A stretch of 64,000 bases of DNA from assembly GCA_963762255.1 (NCBI GenBank), contig CAVXKA010000002.1, positions 928,001 to 992,000 of the forward strand, given 5' to 3'. The stretch comes from Candidatus Eiseniibacteriota bacterium (GTDB taxonomy: Bacteria; Eisenbacteria; RBG-16-71-46; JABDJR01). The notes under the pieces are model-generated. The model was given only the letters and a program-made list of their open reading frames with translations. It ran no database searches and was not told the origin of the DNA. Positions 8,986 to 19,835 of the stretch are shown piece after piece; position 1 is the stretch's first letter, and each line of letters begins with the position of its first letter. A program made the position numbers and the translations under genes.

Positions 8986-8993
8986 TGACGCCC

Positions 8994-10226
8994 CTACGTC
9001 CCCACCTTGAACATCTGCCGCGCCTTCTCCAGCGCGCGCACCAGCGCGTCCACTTCCTCGGGCGTGTTGTAGAGGTAGAACGACGCGCGCGTCGTCGCCG
9101 GCACGCCGAGCACGCGCATGAGCGGCTGCGCGCAGTGATGACCGGCCCGCACCGCCACCCCTTCGTTGTCGACGATGGTGGCCAGATCGTGCGGGTGGAT
9201 GTCGCCCAGGCCGAATGAGATCGCCCCACCCCGCTCGGTGCGCGGCCCGTAGATGCGCAACCCCGGAACCGCGCTCAACGCCTCCAGCGCGTACGCGGTG
9301 ATCTCCTGCTCGTGACGCCGCACATTCTCCATCCCCAGCGCGGTCAGGTAGTCGACGGCCGCCGCCATCCCTACCGCACCGGCGATGTTGGGCGTGCCCG
9401 CTTCGAACTTGTGCGGCGCCTTCTTGTAGGTGGAGCGCTCGAGCCGCACCTCCAGAATCATCTCTCCTCCGCCGTGGAACGGGGTCATCGCGTCCAGCAG
9501 ATCCGCCTTGGCGTAGAGCGCACCAACGCCCGTCGGCGCGAGCATCTTGTGCCCGCTGAACGCGAAGAAGTCGACGTCCAGCGCCGCCACGTTCACCGGC
9601 ATGTGCGGCGCCGACTGCGCGCCGTCCACGAGCACCTTCGCGCCGACCGCGTGCGCGGCCTCCACAAGCCGCCGCACCGGGTTGATCGTCCCGAGCGCAT
9701 TCGACATCTGGTTGAAGGCGACAAGCTTCGTCCGCCGGGTGAGCAACTCGTCCAGCTTGCTCAGGTCGAGCGTGTAGTCCTGAGTCAACGGGATGAACCG
9801 CAGGACGGCCCCGGTGTCTTGCGCGACCATCTGCCACGGCACCAGGTTCGAGTGGTGCTCCATCACGGTGAGAAGGATCTCGTCGCCCGGCTTGAGCGTG
9901 CGCCGCGCCCACGCGTACGCGACGAGGTTGATGCTCTCGGTGGTGCCGCGCGTCCAGATCAGTTGATCCGGCGACGGCGCCCCGATGAACGCCGCCACGG
10001 TCGCACGCGCGTCCTCGAAAGCCTGGGTCGCACGCTCCGCCAGCGCGTACACCCCGCGGTGCACGTTGGCGTTGTCGTGCTCGTAGTAGGCGCGCACGCG
10101 GTCGAGCACCTGCCGAGGCTTCTGCGAGGTGGCCGCGTTGTCGAGGTAAACCAGGGGCTTGCCGTGCACGCTCTGGTGCAGGGCCGGGAAATCGGCGCGG
10201 ATCGTGTTCACGTCGTACATGGGCAT
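8994..10226 (-). CDS. sufS: Cysteine desulfurase, SufS family
   Basis: YLDNAATSQKP, NANVHRG, EHHSNLVPW, FSGHKM, RAGHHCAQPLM, RASFYLYNT. Confidence 0.95.
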   Translation of the reverse strand: MPMYDVNTIRADFPALHQSVHGKPLVYLDNAATSQKPRQVLDRVRAYYEHDNANVHRGVYALAERATQAFEDARATVAAFIGAPSPDQLIWTRGTTESINLVAYAWARRTLKPGDEILLTVMEHHSNLVPWQMVAQDTGAVLRFIPLTQDYTLDLSKLDELLTRRTKLVAFNQMSNALGTINPVRRLVEAAHAVGAKVLVDGAQSAPHMPVNVAALDVDFFAFSGHKMLAPTGVGALYAKADLLDAMTPFHGGGEMILEVRLERSTYKKAPHKFEAGTPNIAGAVGMAAAVDYLTALGMENVRRHEQEITAYALEALSAVPGLRIYGPRTERGGAISFGLGDIHPHDLATIVDNEGVAVRAGHHCAQPLMRVLGVPATTRASFYLYNTPEEVDALVRALEKARQMFKVGT

Positions 10227-10274
10227 CGAGTATAGCGCTCGCCCGAAAGGCTCCCAACTCGCTATTCTCCCCCC

Positions 10275-11504
10275 ATGCCTCTCCACATCCGGCCGCACCC
10301 GCACGAGGATCGCCCGGACTTCACGCCGAGCGAACGCTCGGTGGTGGGCGGCCTCACCGCGCTCCTCACCCTGCGCATGCTGGGGTTCTACCTGGTGCTG
10401 CCGATCCTTGCTCCCTACGTGCGCGGGCTCGCGGGAAGCACCCCGCTCCTGGTTGGGATGTCGGTGGGCGTGTACGGCCTCGCCCAGGCCCTCCTCCAGG
10501 TTCCGTTCGGAGCATGGGGCGATCGATGGGGCCGACGCCCCGTGCTCACGGTAGGGCTCCTTTCGTTCGCGCTGGGCTCGGTCGTGTGCGCGATCGCGCA
10601 CGACGCGCGGCTCATGGTGCTCGGCCGTCTTGTGCAGGGGGTGGGCGCGATCTCCTCCACCCTGGTCGCCATGCTGGCCGATCATACGCGCGACCGGGTG
10701 CGCACACGCGCGATGGCCATGATCGGAGTGGCGGTGGGCGGCTCGTTCGCGGCCGGGCTTCTCTTCGGTCCCGCTGCCGCCGCGCGCTTCGGCATCCCCG
10801 CCCTCTTCTGGCTCACCGCCGTTCTCAGCGTCCTTGCCGTGGTGTGGTTGTGGTGGAAGATCCCCGACCCGCCGCTCTCGATCCATCACGAAGAGATCGA
10901 GTACTCGCGAGGCCATTTCCTCGAGGTCCTCCTCGACCGAAACCTCCTTCGCCTGGACCTCGGGGCGTTCAACCTCCACGTCGTGCTCACCGCGATCTTC
11001 GTCACCGTGCCGTTCCTGTTGCGGCATCTCCTCGCCGAGCAGTATCAGTGGCGGTTCTTTCTCCCCGTCCTCGCCGTGGGCCTCGCCGCCCTGATTCTCG
11101 CCCCGCCCCTGAGCGAGAAGCGGGGGCGACCGAAGAAAGTCGCCGTCGCCGGGCAACTGGTGCTCGCGGCATCCCTAGTCGTGCTTGCGTTGGGGGTTCC
11201 GGCCAGCGTGCGGGAGCCGCGGGTCGGGCTCACCACGCTCATCGCGGGGCTCCTCCTCTTCGTGATCGCGTTCGCCGTCTTGGAGCCGCTCTTCCCCGCT
11301 CTCATCACGCGGTTCTGCCCATCCTCGACGCGCGGCACCGCCCTCGGCGTATTCAACATGAGCATGTTCAGCGGGGCGTTCGTGGGGGGAATCGTCTCGG
11401 GACTCCTGATCGAGTCGAACGTCGAGGCGCTCTTCTGGATCCTCACCGGCACGACGTTGTCGTGGATCGCGCTCGGGTCGACGCTCAACGATCCGGAGAG
11501 GTAG
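10275..11504 (+). CDS. MFS transporter (YajR-like)
   Basis: About 12 hydrophobic segments; LRMLG, YGLAQALLQVPFG.WGDRWGRRPV, GRLVQGVGAI. Confidence 0.88.
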   Translation: MPLHIRPHPHEDRPDFTPSERSVVGGLTALLTLRMLGFYLVLPILAPYVRGLAGSTPLLVGMSVGVYGLAQALLQVPFGAWGDRWGRRPVLTVGLLSFALGSVVCAIAHDARLMVLGRLVQGVGAISSTLVAMLADHTRDRVRTRAMAMIGVAVGGSFAAGLLFGPAAAARFGIPALFWLTAVLSVLAVVWLWWKIPDPPLSIHHEEIEYSRGHFLEVLLDRNLLRLDLGAFNLHVVLTAIFVTVPFLLRHLLAEQYQWRFFLPVLAVGLAALILAPPLSEKRGRPKKVAVAGQLVLAASLVVLALGVPASVREPRVGLTTLIAGLLLFVIAFAVLEPLFPALITRFCPSSTRGTALGVFNMSMFSGAFVGGIVSGLLIESNVEALFWILTGTTLSWIALGSTLNDPER

Positions 11505-12399
11505 CACCCCGGGCGACCGCGTCGGGCTCCGCGTAGGCGCCGGCGCGCCGAAGCGCCTCGGTGGCGCGCGCGCCGGGAAAGCTCACGAGGATCGCCAGCG
11601 CCGCTCCGGCCAGCGCGTCGATCGCGTAGTGATATCCCCCGTAGACCGCTCCTACCGCCAGCGCGGGGACGATGAGCGCGAAGACTCGCGCGAGCCGCAC
11701 GTGATAGCGCATCGCCATGATCCATGCCGTCACCGCCACCGCCACGTGGCTGGAGGGAAAGGCGGCGCCCACCGCGGAGCCTCGATCCAACACGGATCGC
11801 ACGAGCCCCGGCAACAGGTAGCCCACCGTGGCGGGATCGCTGCGTGGAAAGGCGTGGTAGGGGCCCACGACCGGATAAAGCACGAAGATCGCGAAGCAGG
11901 AGTAAGTAGAGAGCGCGACCGTTCCGATCGCGATTTCGAACTCGCGGCGCGGGCGTCGCAGCCACAAAACCGCGGCCAGCGTTGGCGTGAGGAAGTAGTA
12001 CGCGAAGTAGCCCAGGTGCAGGTACTCGCCGAGCAGCCGCCATGGCCAGAGCAGGTGAAGCTCGCGCGCGGGCTGAAACCCGAAGACGATCTGCTCCAGG
12101 TCCTGGATCGCCGCATCGTGGAAGACCCCGGCGTGCACCGCCTTCACGAGCAGGCCCACTTCGGAATAGAAGAGCGCGAACGCCACGATCGGATAGAAGC
12201 CGAGAACGACCGCGCCCACTTTCCATCGGTGGACACGATACGCGCGCGCGAGCACGATGGCGGCGATCGCGGCGACGTGAAGCACGATGAGCAACGCGGC
12301 GTTCGGCGGCCGGTGCGGCGCGAGAAGGAGCATCACGAGCCCGAAGACGAGGTAGGCCAGGGTGTACAGATCCGCCGGCCGCAGACGCCTCACAAGCAT
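11485..12399 (-). CDS. PAP2-superfamily multi-pass membrane enzyme (Aur1/IPC-synthase-like)
   Basis: PVVGP, AAFPSSHVAVA, GYHYAIDALAG motifs; several TM helices; start overlaps the upstream gene. Confidence 0.8.
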   Translation of the reverse strand: MLVRRLRPADLYTLAYLVFGLVMLLLAPHRPPNAALLIVLHVAAIAAIVLARAYRVHRWKVGAVVLGFYPIVAFALFYSEVGLLVKAVHAGVFHDAAIQDLEQIVFGFQPARELHLLWPWRLLGEYLHLGYFAYYFLTPTLAAVLWLRRPRREFEIAIGTVALSTYSCFAIFVLYPVVGPYHAFPRSDPATVGYLLPGLVRSVLDRGSAVGAAFPSSHVAVAVTAWIMAMRYHVRLARVFALIVPALAVGAVYGGYHYAIDALAGAALAILVSFPGARATEALRRAGAYAEPDAVARGATSPDR

Positions 12400-13367
12400 C
12401 CCTCCCGACGGTACCAATCGACGGTCTCCGCAAAGCCCGTCACCGCATCGATGCGCGCACGAAAACCGAAGTCGGTCTCGGCGCGCGCCCCACTGCAGAC
12501 CCAGCCCGGAGCGAGCAGATCCGCAAGCCGATCCGGAGGAAGCCCATTGGGACGCCCGCTCATCGCCGCTGCGATGCCGGCGATCCGGCCCACCGCGGGG
12601 ATCCCCCGCCGCGGGATCCGCAGACGCCTCACGCGACGGCCGAGCCGAGCCGCGATCAGCCGACCGAGCGATTCCCAATCGGTGATCTCCGGGTGTGCGA
12701 CGTAGTACGTGCGGCCGATCGTGCGGTCGGACTCCGATGCCGCGACGATCGCCTCGGCCAAGTCGCGCGCATGGATGAGGCTCACGTGCTGCGCGACACG
12801 TCCTATCGCGGGCACCCATCCCCGCGCCGCGAGCCGCGCGAGCAGCAGAAACGAAACGTCGCGCGGGCCGTAGACCGCGGGCGGACGGAGGATCGTCCAG
12901 GCCGTACTTCCCGCCTCCGACTTGAGCAGGGTCTCTCCACGGAGCTTGCTACGGCCGTAGGAATTGCATGGCGTGTCGGGATCATCCTCGGTGCGTGCTC
13001 GCCCGGCGACGCTGGGACCGCCGGCGGCGAGGCTGCTCACCAACACCAAACGGCGCGCGCCTTCCGCGGCTGCGGCGCGAGCCACATGTGCGCACCCGCC
13101 GGCATTGACGCGGTCGTATTCCTCTGGATCGGTGGCACGAGTGATCCCCGCGACGTGGTAGATCACCTCGATCCCGCGCGCGGCCTCGGCGAGCGCTTGC
13201 GGCTCGGTAACCTCGCCGTAGACCAACTCCACGCGATCCACCGGGAGCCACGCCAGCTTGCTGGTGCGCCGCACCAGACACCTAACGCGATGCCCGCGAG
13301 CAAGCAGCGCGTCGGCAAGATGACTCCCCACGAACCCGCTCGCTCCGGTGACCAGCGCCAGGGTCAA
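12390..13367 (-). CDS. NAD-dependent epimerase/dehydratase (extended SDR), candidate ceramide/3-ketosphinganine reductase
   Basis: VTGASGFVG, SSLAAGGP, YGRSK, ILRPPAVYGP; TTG start overlapping upstream stop. Confidence 0.8.
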   Translation of the reverse strand: MTLALVTGASGFVGSHLADALLARGHRVRCLVRRTSKLAWLPVDRVELVYGEVTEPQALAEAARGIEVIYHVAGITRATDPEEYDRVNAGGCAHVARAAAAEGARRLVLVSSLAAGGPSVAGRARTEDDPDTPCNSYGRSKLRGETLLKSEAGSTAWTILRPPAVYGPRDVSFLLLARLAARGWVPAIGRVAQHVSLIHARDLAEAIVAASESDRTIGRTYYVAHPEITDWESLGRLIAARLGRRVRRLRIPRRGIPAVGRIAGIAAAMSGRPNGLPPDRLADLLAPGWVCSGARAETDFGFRARIDAVTGFAETVDWYRREGCL

Positions 13368-14497
13368 GGGGCCGTCGCTCCCTCGGAGCGGCCCTCGTAG
13401 ATACGGTAGGTCTTGTAGGGCCTCCCCCCGAAGTTCTCGAGCGGCTTGCGTATGGCGAGGTTGTCCTCGAGCAGCCAGGAGAACTCGCCCCAGGTGTAGC
13501 CCTTCTTCACGCCGTGGCGGAAGTAGTCGCGGTACATGATCACGTCGATGCCGGTGTGCCGATACTCCTGGAGAAGTCCCAGCACCAGCACCCGCGCGCG
13601 GTTGATATGGCGCGCGTGCCAGAGGATCTTGAGCAGCCCGAACGGAAAGAGGTGCCCGTTGGCGTGCTTGACCGCCTGGTTGAGATCGGGGAGCCCGAGC
13701 GCGAAGCCCACCGCCTTCCCCTCGAGTTCGGCGATGAGGATGAGCCCGGGGTCGATGACCGGCTTCAACTGCTTGGCCATGTGATCGATCTCGGCGTCGG
13801 TCATGGGCACGAAACCCCAGTTCTTCTCCCACGCCGAGTTGTACACGATCCGGAACTTCTCCACGTCCTCCTGGAACCGCTTCTTGTCCAGGCGACGAAC
13901 GACAACCCCCGGATTGCGCTCCTGGGCGATCGCACCTCCCCGCTCCAGCCTCTCCGGGACTCCCACGTTCGGCATGCAATAGGCGAAGAGATCCTTGGCC
14001 TTCACGAGCCCGCAGGCTTCCACCAGCCGCCCGTAGTACGGCAGCGCGTGCGTCATCATGACCGCGGGGGGCGTGTCGAAGCCCTCCACCAGGAGCCCGC
14101 ACTCCTCGTTCGTGCTCGGGTTCATGGGACCGATGAACCGCGGCAGCCCCTGTTCGCGGTGGTAGGCGCGCACCGCATCGAAGAGCGCCCGCGCGGCCTC
14201 GGTGTCGTCCTCGCACTCGAAGAACCCGAAGAATCCCATCGCCTCGTCGTGGAACGACTCGTGGTTGCGGTTGCGGATCGCCGCAATGCGCCCGACGACT
14301 CGCCCGTCGCGCAGCGCCAGCATCGGACGGATGTCGCCGTGCTCGAAGAAGGGGTTCTTGGCCGGGTTGAAGAGCGCCTTCACGTCGCCGATCAGAGGCG
14401 GGATCCAGTGCGGATCGTCGCGATAGAGGCGCCAGGGAAGCGTCACGAAGACGTGCAGTTCGCGGCCCGAGCGGACCGGTTCCACCGTGATCGACAT
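13364..14497 (-). CDS. GNAT-fold protein resembling bacterial ceramide synthase (bCerS/YghO-like)
   Basis: LYRDDPHWIPPL, NPFFEH, GRIAAI, GFFGFFEC, GPMNPSTNEECGLLVEGF, NWGFVP, LPDLNQ, EFSWLLEDN. Confidence 0.8.
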   Translation of the reverse strand: MSITVEPVRSGRELHVFVTLPWRLYRDDPHWIPPLIGDVKALFNPAKNPFFEHGDIRPMLALRDGRVVGRIAAIRNRNHESFHDEAMGFFGFFECEDDTEAARALFDAVRAYHREQGLPRFIGPMNPSTNEECGLLVEGFDTPPAVMMTHALPYYGRLVEACGLVKAKDLFAYCMPNVGVPERLERGGAIAQERNPGVVVRRLDKKRFQEDVEKFRIVYNSAWEKNWGFVPMTDAEIDHMAKQLKPVIDPGLILIAELEGKAVGFALGLPDLNQAVKHANGHLFPFGLLKILWHARHINRARVLVLGLLQEYRHTGIDVIMYRDYFRHGVKKGYTWGEFSWLLEDNLAIRKPLENFGGRPYKTYRIYEGRSEGATAP

Positions 14498-14526
14498 GGG
14501 CTAAGCCCCCCGAAGTTCCTACGCGG

Positions 14527-15759
14527 TCAAGAGATGATGCCGAGCTCGCGCCCGACCTTGCGGAAGACCTCGAGCATCCGGTCGATGTTCTCTTCGGTGT
14601 GGGTGGCCATGTACGAGGTCCGGATCCGGCACGAAGTCTCGGGTACCGCCGGCGGCACCACCGGGTTCGTGAAGACGCCCTCCTCGAACAGGCGCTTCCA
14701 GAACACGAACGTGTGCTCGAGGGTACCGATGATGACCGGGACGATGGGTGTCTCCGACGTCGTGGTGTCGTAGCCCATGCGCTGGAATTCCCGGCGCATG
14801 CGGTCCGAGATCTCGTTCACGCGCTGCCGCCGCCAGGGCTCTTCCTTGATCAGGTCGAGGCACTTCTGCACCGTCGCCACCGCATAGGGAGGCATGCTGG
14901 CGCTGAAGATGAGGGCGCGCGCGTGATGACGCATGTAGTGGATGACCGATTCCTCGGCGGCCACGTAGCCGCCGATGGACGCGAAGGACTTGGAGAACGT
15001 ACCGGCGATCAAGTCCACATCGCCCACGACCCCCTTCACTTCGCTGGCGCCGATCCCCTTCTTCCCCAGAATCCCCACGGAATGTGCCTCGTCCACCATG
15101 AGCCGCGCGCCGTGGGCGCGGCATGCCTTGACGATCTCCGGAAGCGGCGCGATGTCCCCCTCCATCGAGAACACGCCGTCCACGACCACCAGCCGCCCGC
15201 GCTTGGAATCGATGCGCCCCAGGATCCGCTCGAGGTCGCCGATTTCGTTGTGCCGGAAGCGGCGGGTCTCGCCGTAGGAGAGCCGGCAGCCGTCCACGAT
15301 GCTGGCGTGGTCGAACTTGTCCATGATGACCACGTCGTCGCGGCCCACCATGCTGGAGATCGTGCCGAGGTTCGTCTGGAAACCGGTGGAGAAGATGAGG
15401 CAGGATTCCTTCTCGCAGAACTCCGCGAGGTCGTGCTCCAGCTTCTCGTGAATGTCGAGGGTGCCGTTCAGGAACCGGCTCCCGGTGCAGCCGGTGCCGT
15501 ACTTGCGCGCCGCGGCCTCGGCCGCTTCCATCACCCGCGGGTCGTGCGTGTAGCCCAGGTAGTTGTTGGAGCCCGCCATGATCAGCGACCGGCCGTCGAT
15601 GATGACTTCGTTCGCCGACGAATCGGCGATCGGGATGAAGTAGGGATAGTAGCCCGACGCCTGCGCCTCGCGGGCGCGCGTGAAGGTGTAGGCCTTCTTG
15701 AAGATGTCGGCGATTTCCTGAGCCTCGTGGGCCGGAGTCGCCATCGGATTCGGATCCAT
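14527..15759 (-). CDS. spt: Alpha-oxoamine synthase, probable serine palmitoyltransferase
   Basis: GSNNYLG, GTGCTGSRFLNGTLDIH, DHASIVDG, DEAH, GTFSKSFASIGG, LIFSASMPP; context with bCerS-like gene; GGAGG RBS before 15759. Confidence 0.8.
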   Translation of the reverse strand: MDPNPMATPAHEAQEIADIFKKAYTFTRAREAQASGYYPYFIPIADSSANEVIIDGRSLIMAGSNNYLGYTHDPRVMEAAEAAARKYGTGCTGSRFLNGTLDIHEKLEHDLAEFCEKESCLIFSTGFQTNLGTISSMVGRDDVVIMDKFDHASIVDGCRLSYGETRRFRHNEIGDLERILGRIDSKRGRLVVVDGVFSMEGDIAPLPEIVKACRAHGARLMVDEAHSVGILGKKGIGASEVKGVVGDVDLIAGTFSKSFASIGGYVAAEESVIHYMRHHARALIFSASMPPYAVATVQKCLDLIKEEPWRRQRVNEISDRMRREFQRMGYDTTTSETPIVPVIIGTLEHTFVFWKRLFEEGVFTNPVVPPAVPETSCRIRTSYMATHTEENIDRMLEVFRKVGRELGIIS

Positions 15760-16007
15760 CCTGCCTCCGCACATGGTGATTCACACGGTGTCTCCCACGA
15801 GCTGGGGGCGGTCGGGAGACGGGCCGGGAACGCAATAGCCTAACCGGAAGGCGTAGTCATTCCAAGGGCTTTCCCGTTTCGCGCGCGCGGTCGGGGGCGC
15901 GGTGCCTCGGTGCGTGCCGCGGATAACGGATGCGGCGCCTCGGCACGCGCCATGAAGAAAGCGGTACGGTTGGCCGTGTCCCGTGGATCGGGTAGAATCG
16001 CCCGCTT

Positions 16008-18116
16008 ATGACCCCCACAAGCAATCGCACTCCGTCGTCATCGCTCGATCGGGACCAGCTCGTCGCGATCTACCGCAACATGGTCCTCTCGCGTCGCATG
16101 GACGACGCGGAGATCAAGCTCAAGCGTCGCAACCAGTACTTCTTCCAGATCAGCGGCGCGGGGCACGAAGCGGTCCTGACCGTGGCGGGGATGCTCCTCC
16201 ACTCCGGCCACGACTGGTTCTTCCCCTACTATCGCGACCGCGCGCTGTGCTTGCAGCTCGGAGTGACCCCGCGCGAGATGCTGTTGCAGGGGGTGGCCGC
16301 CGAGGACGACCCGGCGAGCGCCGGGCGCCAGATGCCGAGCCACTGGGGTCACGCGAAGCACAATATCGTCTCTCAATCGAGCCCGACCGGCACCCAGTGT
16401 CTGCATGCGGTGGGTTGCGCCGAGGCGGGGATGCATTTCGAGCGCCATCCGGATCTGCCCGGCAAGCCGCGCTTCGAAAGCGACGAGGTCGCCTACACCT
16501 CGGTCGGCGACGGCACCACGAGCGAGGGCGAGTTCTGGGAGGCGCTCTCCGCCGCCACCGTGAACAAGCTTCCGGTGCTGTTCATGGTCGAAGACAACGG
16601 CTACGCGATCAGCGTGCCGACCAGCGTGCAGACCCCGGGTGGGAAGATCAGCAAGGCGGTGGAGGGGTTCACCGGGCTCCTCGTGGAGGAGTTCGACGGC
16701 ACCGACGCGGTCGCTTCCTATGAGGCCCTCGCGCGGCTCGTCCAGTATTGCCGCGAGCGCAAGGGACCGGCGCTGGCGCACGCACATGTGGTGCGCCCCT
16801 ATAGCCACTCCATGTCGGACGATCATCGCGCGTACCGCACCGAGGCCGAGTTGGCCGACGAGGCAAAGCGCGATCCGGTCGACAAGCTGCGGAAGCGGCT
16901 GCTGGAGGAAGGTGTCTTGACGGACGCCAGGCTGGACGCTCTCCACGCCGAGGTGGACGAAGAGATCGAGGCGGCGGTGGCGGCGGCGCTGGAATCGTCC
17001 ATGCCTCCGCTCGAGAGCGCGGGACTCTACGTCTACTCCCCCGACGTCGATCCCACCTCGGGGGCGTTCGCCACGGAACCGGCGCCAGGAGGCGCCGACG
17101 CGTCCGTGGTGGAACTCATCAACGCCTGCCTCGTCGACGAGATGGAGCGCGATCCTCGCATCGTGGTCTTCGGCGAGGACGTGGCCGACGCCACCAAGGA
17201 GGAAGCGCTCCGCGAGACCAAGGGGAAGGGCGGGGTGTTCAAGGTCACGAGCGGACTGCAGCGCCGCTTCGGCAGCGATCGCGTGTCGAACTCACCCCTG
17301 GCCGAGGCCAACATCGTGGGACGGGCGGTCGGCATGGCCTTGCGGGGACTCAAGCCTGTCGTGGAGATCCAGTTCTTCGACTACATCTGGCCCGCGTACC
17401 ACCAGATCCGCAACGAGCTCGCGATGATGCGCTGGCGGAGCGGCAATCACTGGAAGTGCCCGCTCGTCATCCGGGTGCCGATCGGCGGCTACCTCGGCGG
17501 CGGCGCGGTCTATCACAGCCAGTGCGGCGAGGTGCTCTTCACCCACAACCCGGGATTGCGCGTGGTCATGCCCTCCAACGCGCTCGACGCGAACGGGCTC
17601 CTGCGCACCGCGATCCGCTGTGACGATCCGGTGATCTTCCTCGAGCACAAGCACCTCTACCGCCAGCCGTACGCCAAGGGACCGCGCCCGGGCCCGGACT
17701 ACATGATCCCCTTCGGCAAGGCGCGCATCGCGCGCGAGGGGAAGGACGCCACGCTCGTGACCTACGGCGCCACCGTGCGCCGCGCGGAAATGGCGGCCAA
17801 GGATCTCGAGAAGGACGGGGCCTCGATCGAGGTCATCGACCTCCGCTCGCTCTCGCCGTGGGATCAGGATGCGGTGGCGCAGAGCGTGCGCAAGACCGGT
17901 CGCGCGCTGGTGGTCTACGAGGATAACCGCTCGTGGGGTTACGGCGCCGAGATCGCGGCGTGGATCGCCGACGAGCTCTTCGAGCACCTCGACGCGCCGG
18001 TGCGCCGTTTCGCGGGGATGGACAACCCGGTCGCCTACGCACCCAACCTCGAAGACGTCATCCTGCCGCAGACGGAGACGATCGCGCGCGCGATGCGGGA
18101 GCTGCTCGCGTACTGA
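16008..18116 (+). CDS. 2-oxoacid (probably branched-chain) dehydrogenase E1, fused alpha/beta
   Basis: [24 protein letters not shown] motif, [37 protein letters not shown]. Confidence 0.92.
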   Translation: MTPTSNRTPSSSLDRDQLVAIYRNMVLSRRMDDAEIKLKRRNQYFFQISGAGHEAVLTVAGMLLHSGHDWFFPYYRDRALCLQLGVTPREMLLQGVAAEDDPASAGRQMPSHWGHAKHNIVSQSSPTGTQCLHAVGCAEAGMHFERHPDLPGKPRFESDEVAYTSVGDGTTSEGEFWEALSAATVNKLPVLFMVEDNGYAISVPTSVQTPGGKISKAVEGFTGLLVEEFDGTDAVASYEALARLVQYCRERKGPALAHAHVVRPYSHSMSDDHRAYRTEAELADEAKRDPVDKLRKRLLEEGVLTDARLDALHAEVDEEIEAAVAAALESSMPPLESAGLYVYSPDVDPTSGAFATEPAPGGADASVVELINACLVDEMERDPRIVVFGEDVADATKEEALRETKGKGGVFKVTSGLQRRFGSDRVSNSPLAEANIVGRAVGMALRGLKPVVEIQFFDYIWPAYHQIRNELAMMRWRSGNHWKCPLVIRVPIGGYLGGGAVYHSQCGEVLFTHNPGLRVVMPSNALDANGLLRTAIRCDDPVIFLEHKHLYRQPYAKGPRPGPDYMIPFGKARIAREGKDATLVTYGATVRRAEMAAKDLEKDGASIEVIDLRSLSPWDQDAVAQSVRKTGRALVVYEDNRSWGYGAEIAAWIADELFEHLDAPVRRFAGMDNPVAYAPNLEDVILPQTETIARAMRELLAY

Positions 18117-18179
18117 CGTGCCGGCGGCTGACGCGTTGCCGGCTGATGCATCCTCCCGGCGACGGCGGAGTGAGCCGTT

Positions 18180-19206
18180 CTAGTCGATGAGGAGGAGCCG
18201 GAACAGGTAGTAGCTCCCGGCCCCGATCAGAGCGGCCGCGGGGATGGTCAAGAGCCAGGCCCAGATGATGCGGCCCGCGACGCCCCACTTGACCGCGGAC
18301 GCGTTGGTGGTCGCGCCGACTCCCACGATTGCTCCCGTAATGGTATGCGTCGTCGACACGGGAATACCGGCATGGGTCGCCATCCACAGGGTGAACGCCC
18401 CCGAGGTCTCGGCGGCGAATCCACCCACCGGCTTCAGCTTCGTGATCTTCATCCCCATCGTCTTGACGATGCGCCAGCCGCCGAAGGCCGTGCCGATGGC
18501 CATCGCGAGGTGGCAGGAGAGGATGATCCAGAGCGTGTGCGGGTCGGTGAGTGAGAGTTGGACGTCGGGGCTCATGTAGACCCGCCGCGACAAGCAGCGC
18601 CACGATCACGCCCATCGTCTTCTGGGCGTCGTTGCCCCCGTGGCCCAGCGAGTAGAGCGCCGCCGACAAGAGCTGCCCGCGCCGGAAGACGCGGTCGACG
18701 GTGGCCGGACGCCACTTCCGAAAGATCCAGAAGACGGCATGCATCACGATGAAGCCGAGAACCATGCCGATCACCGGCGCGAGCGGGATGTACTCGACCA
18801 CCTTCATGACCTTGTCCCAGCGGAGAATGTCCCAACCCGCGTAAGCGATGCCGGCCCCGCCGATGCCTCCGATGAGCGCGTGCGAGGAGCTGGTGGGAAG
18901 CGCCCACCACCAGGTCAGCAGATCCCACACGATCGCGCCGATCAGCCCGGCCAGGACCACGTAGACGAACGTTGGTTCATCCGGAGTGATCTTCACGATC
19001 TTCGAAATCGTGTCGGCCACTTTGGGGGCAAAGATGAACATGGCCACGAAGTTGAAGAAAGCAGCCCACAGCACCGCCATGCCGGGGCGCAGGACTCGCG
19101 TCGAGACCACCGTGGCGATGGAGTTGGCCGAGTCATGGAAGCCATTGATGACGTCGAACAGGAGCGCGAGGATGATCGTGAAGACGACGACGACGGTGAT
19201 CGACAT
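18180..19206 (-). CDS. pit: PiT family inorganic phosphate transporter, +1 frameshift near 18580
   Basis: NGFHDSANSIAT, PTSSSHALIGG, HGGNDAQKTMG in one frame; GGWRIVKTMG, PVSTTH in the next. Confidence 0.88.
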
Positions 19207-19208
19207 GG

Positions 19209-19835
19209 TCAATCGTGCTCGAGGACCACGCCTTCGATGATGTTGGCCACGTCCTCGCAGCGGTCGGTGGCCTTCTCCAGGATCTCGTAGATCTCCTTCC
19301 ACTTGATCACCATGATCGGATCCTTCTCGGTCAGGAACAGATTGGCGATGGCCTCCCGGAGAACGGCGTCGGCGTCGTTCTCCAGCCGGTTCACCTCGAT
19401 GCACTTCTGGCGGATGACGTCGGCGTGGCGAAGGTCGCGCAGCCCGTTCACCGCGTGCTGAACCTCGACTGCGGATTGGGCGAGGATGCCGGCCAGGGAC
19501 TTGATCTCCGGCGTCATCTCGGTGAGCCGATACAGGTGCAGCCGTCCGGCCACACCGTCCACCGAGTCCATCACGTCGTCCATCTTGCTGATGAGGCGAT
19601 GGATGTCGTTGCGATCGAGCGGGGTGATGAACGTCTTGTGCAGGGCTTCCATGCAGCGGTGCGTGATGACGTCCGCCTCGTGCTCGATCTCCTTGATGCG
19701 CCTCGCCCGGAGGCTCACGTTACCCCCGGAGGTGACGAGCTCGACAAGTTCCGTCGTCCCGGACACGGTGAGCGCGATGTGCTGATCGAAAAATCCGAAG
19801 AAGCTCACCTCGCGGGGCAAGAGACGCGGGAACAT
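19209..19835 (-). CDS. DUF47/PhoU-like phosphate transport regulator
   Basis: EHEADVITH, TFITPLDRNDI, LENDAD, WKEIYEILEKATDRCEDVA; directly upstream of pit. Confidence 0.9.
   Translation of the reverse strand: MFPRLLPREVSFFGFFDQHIALTVSGTTELVELVTSGGNVSLRARRIKEIEHEADVITHRCMEALHKTFITPLDRNDIHRLISKMDDVMDSVDGVAGRLHLYRLTEMTPEIKSLAGILAQSAVEVQHAVNGLRDLRHADVIRQKCIEVNRLENDADAVLREAIANLFLTEKDPIMVIKWKEIYEILEKATDRCEDVANIIEGVVLEHD

Noticed and set aside
14527-15759. Annotation as bioF or kbl
   Set aside because: No biotin or tdh genes nearby; GTFSKS motif and a bCerS-like neighbour favour spt, though this is not proven
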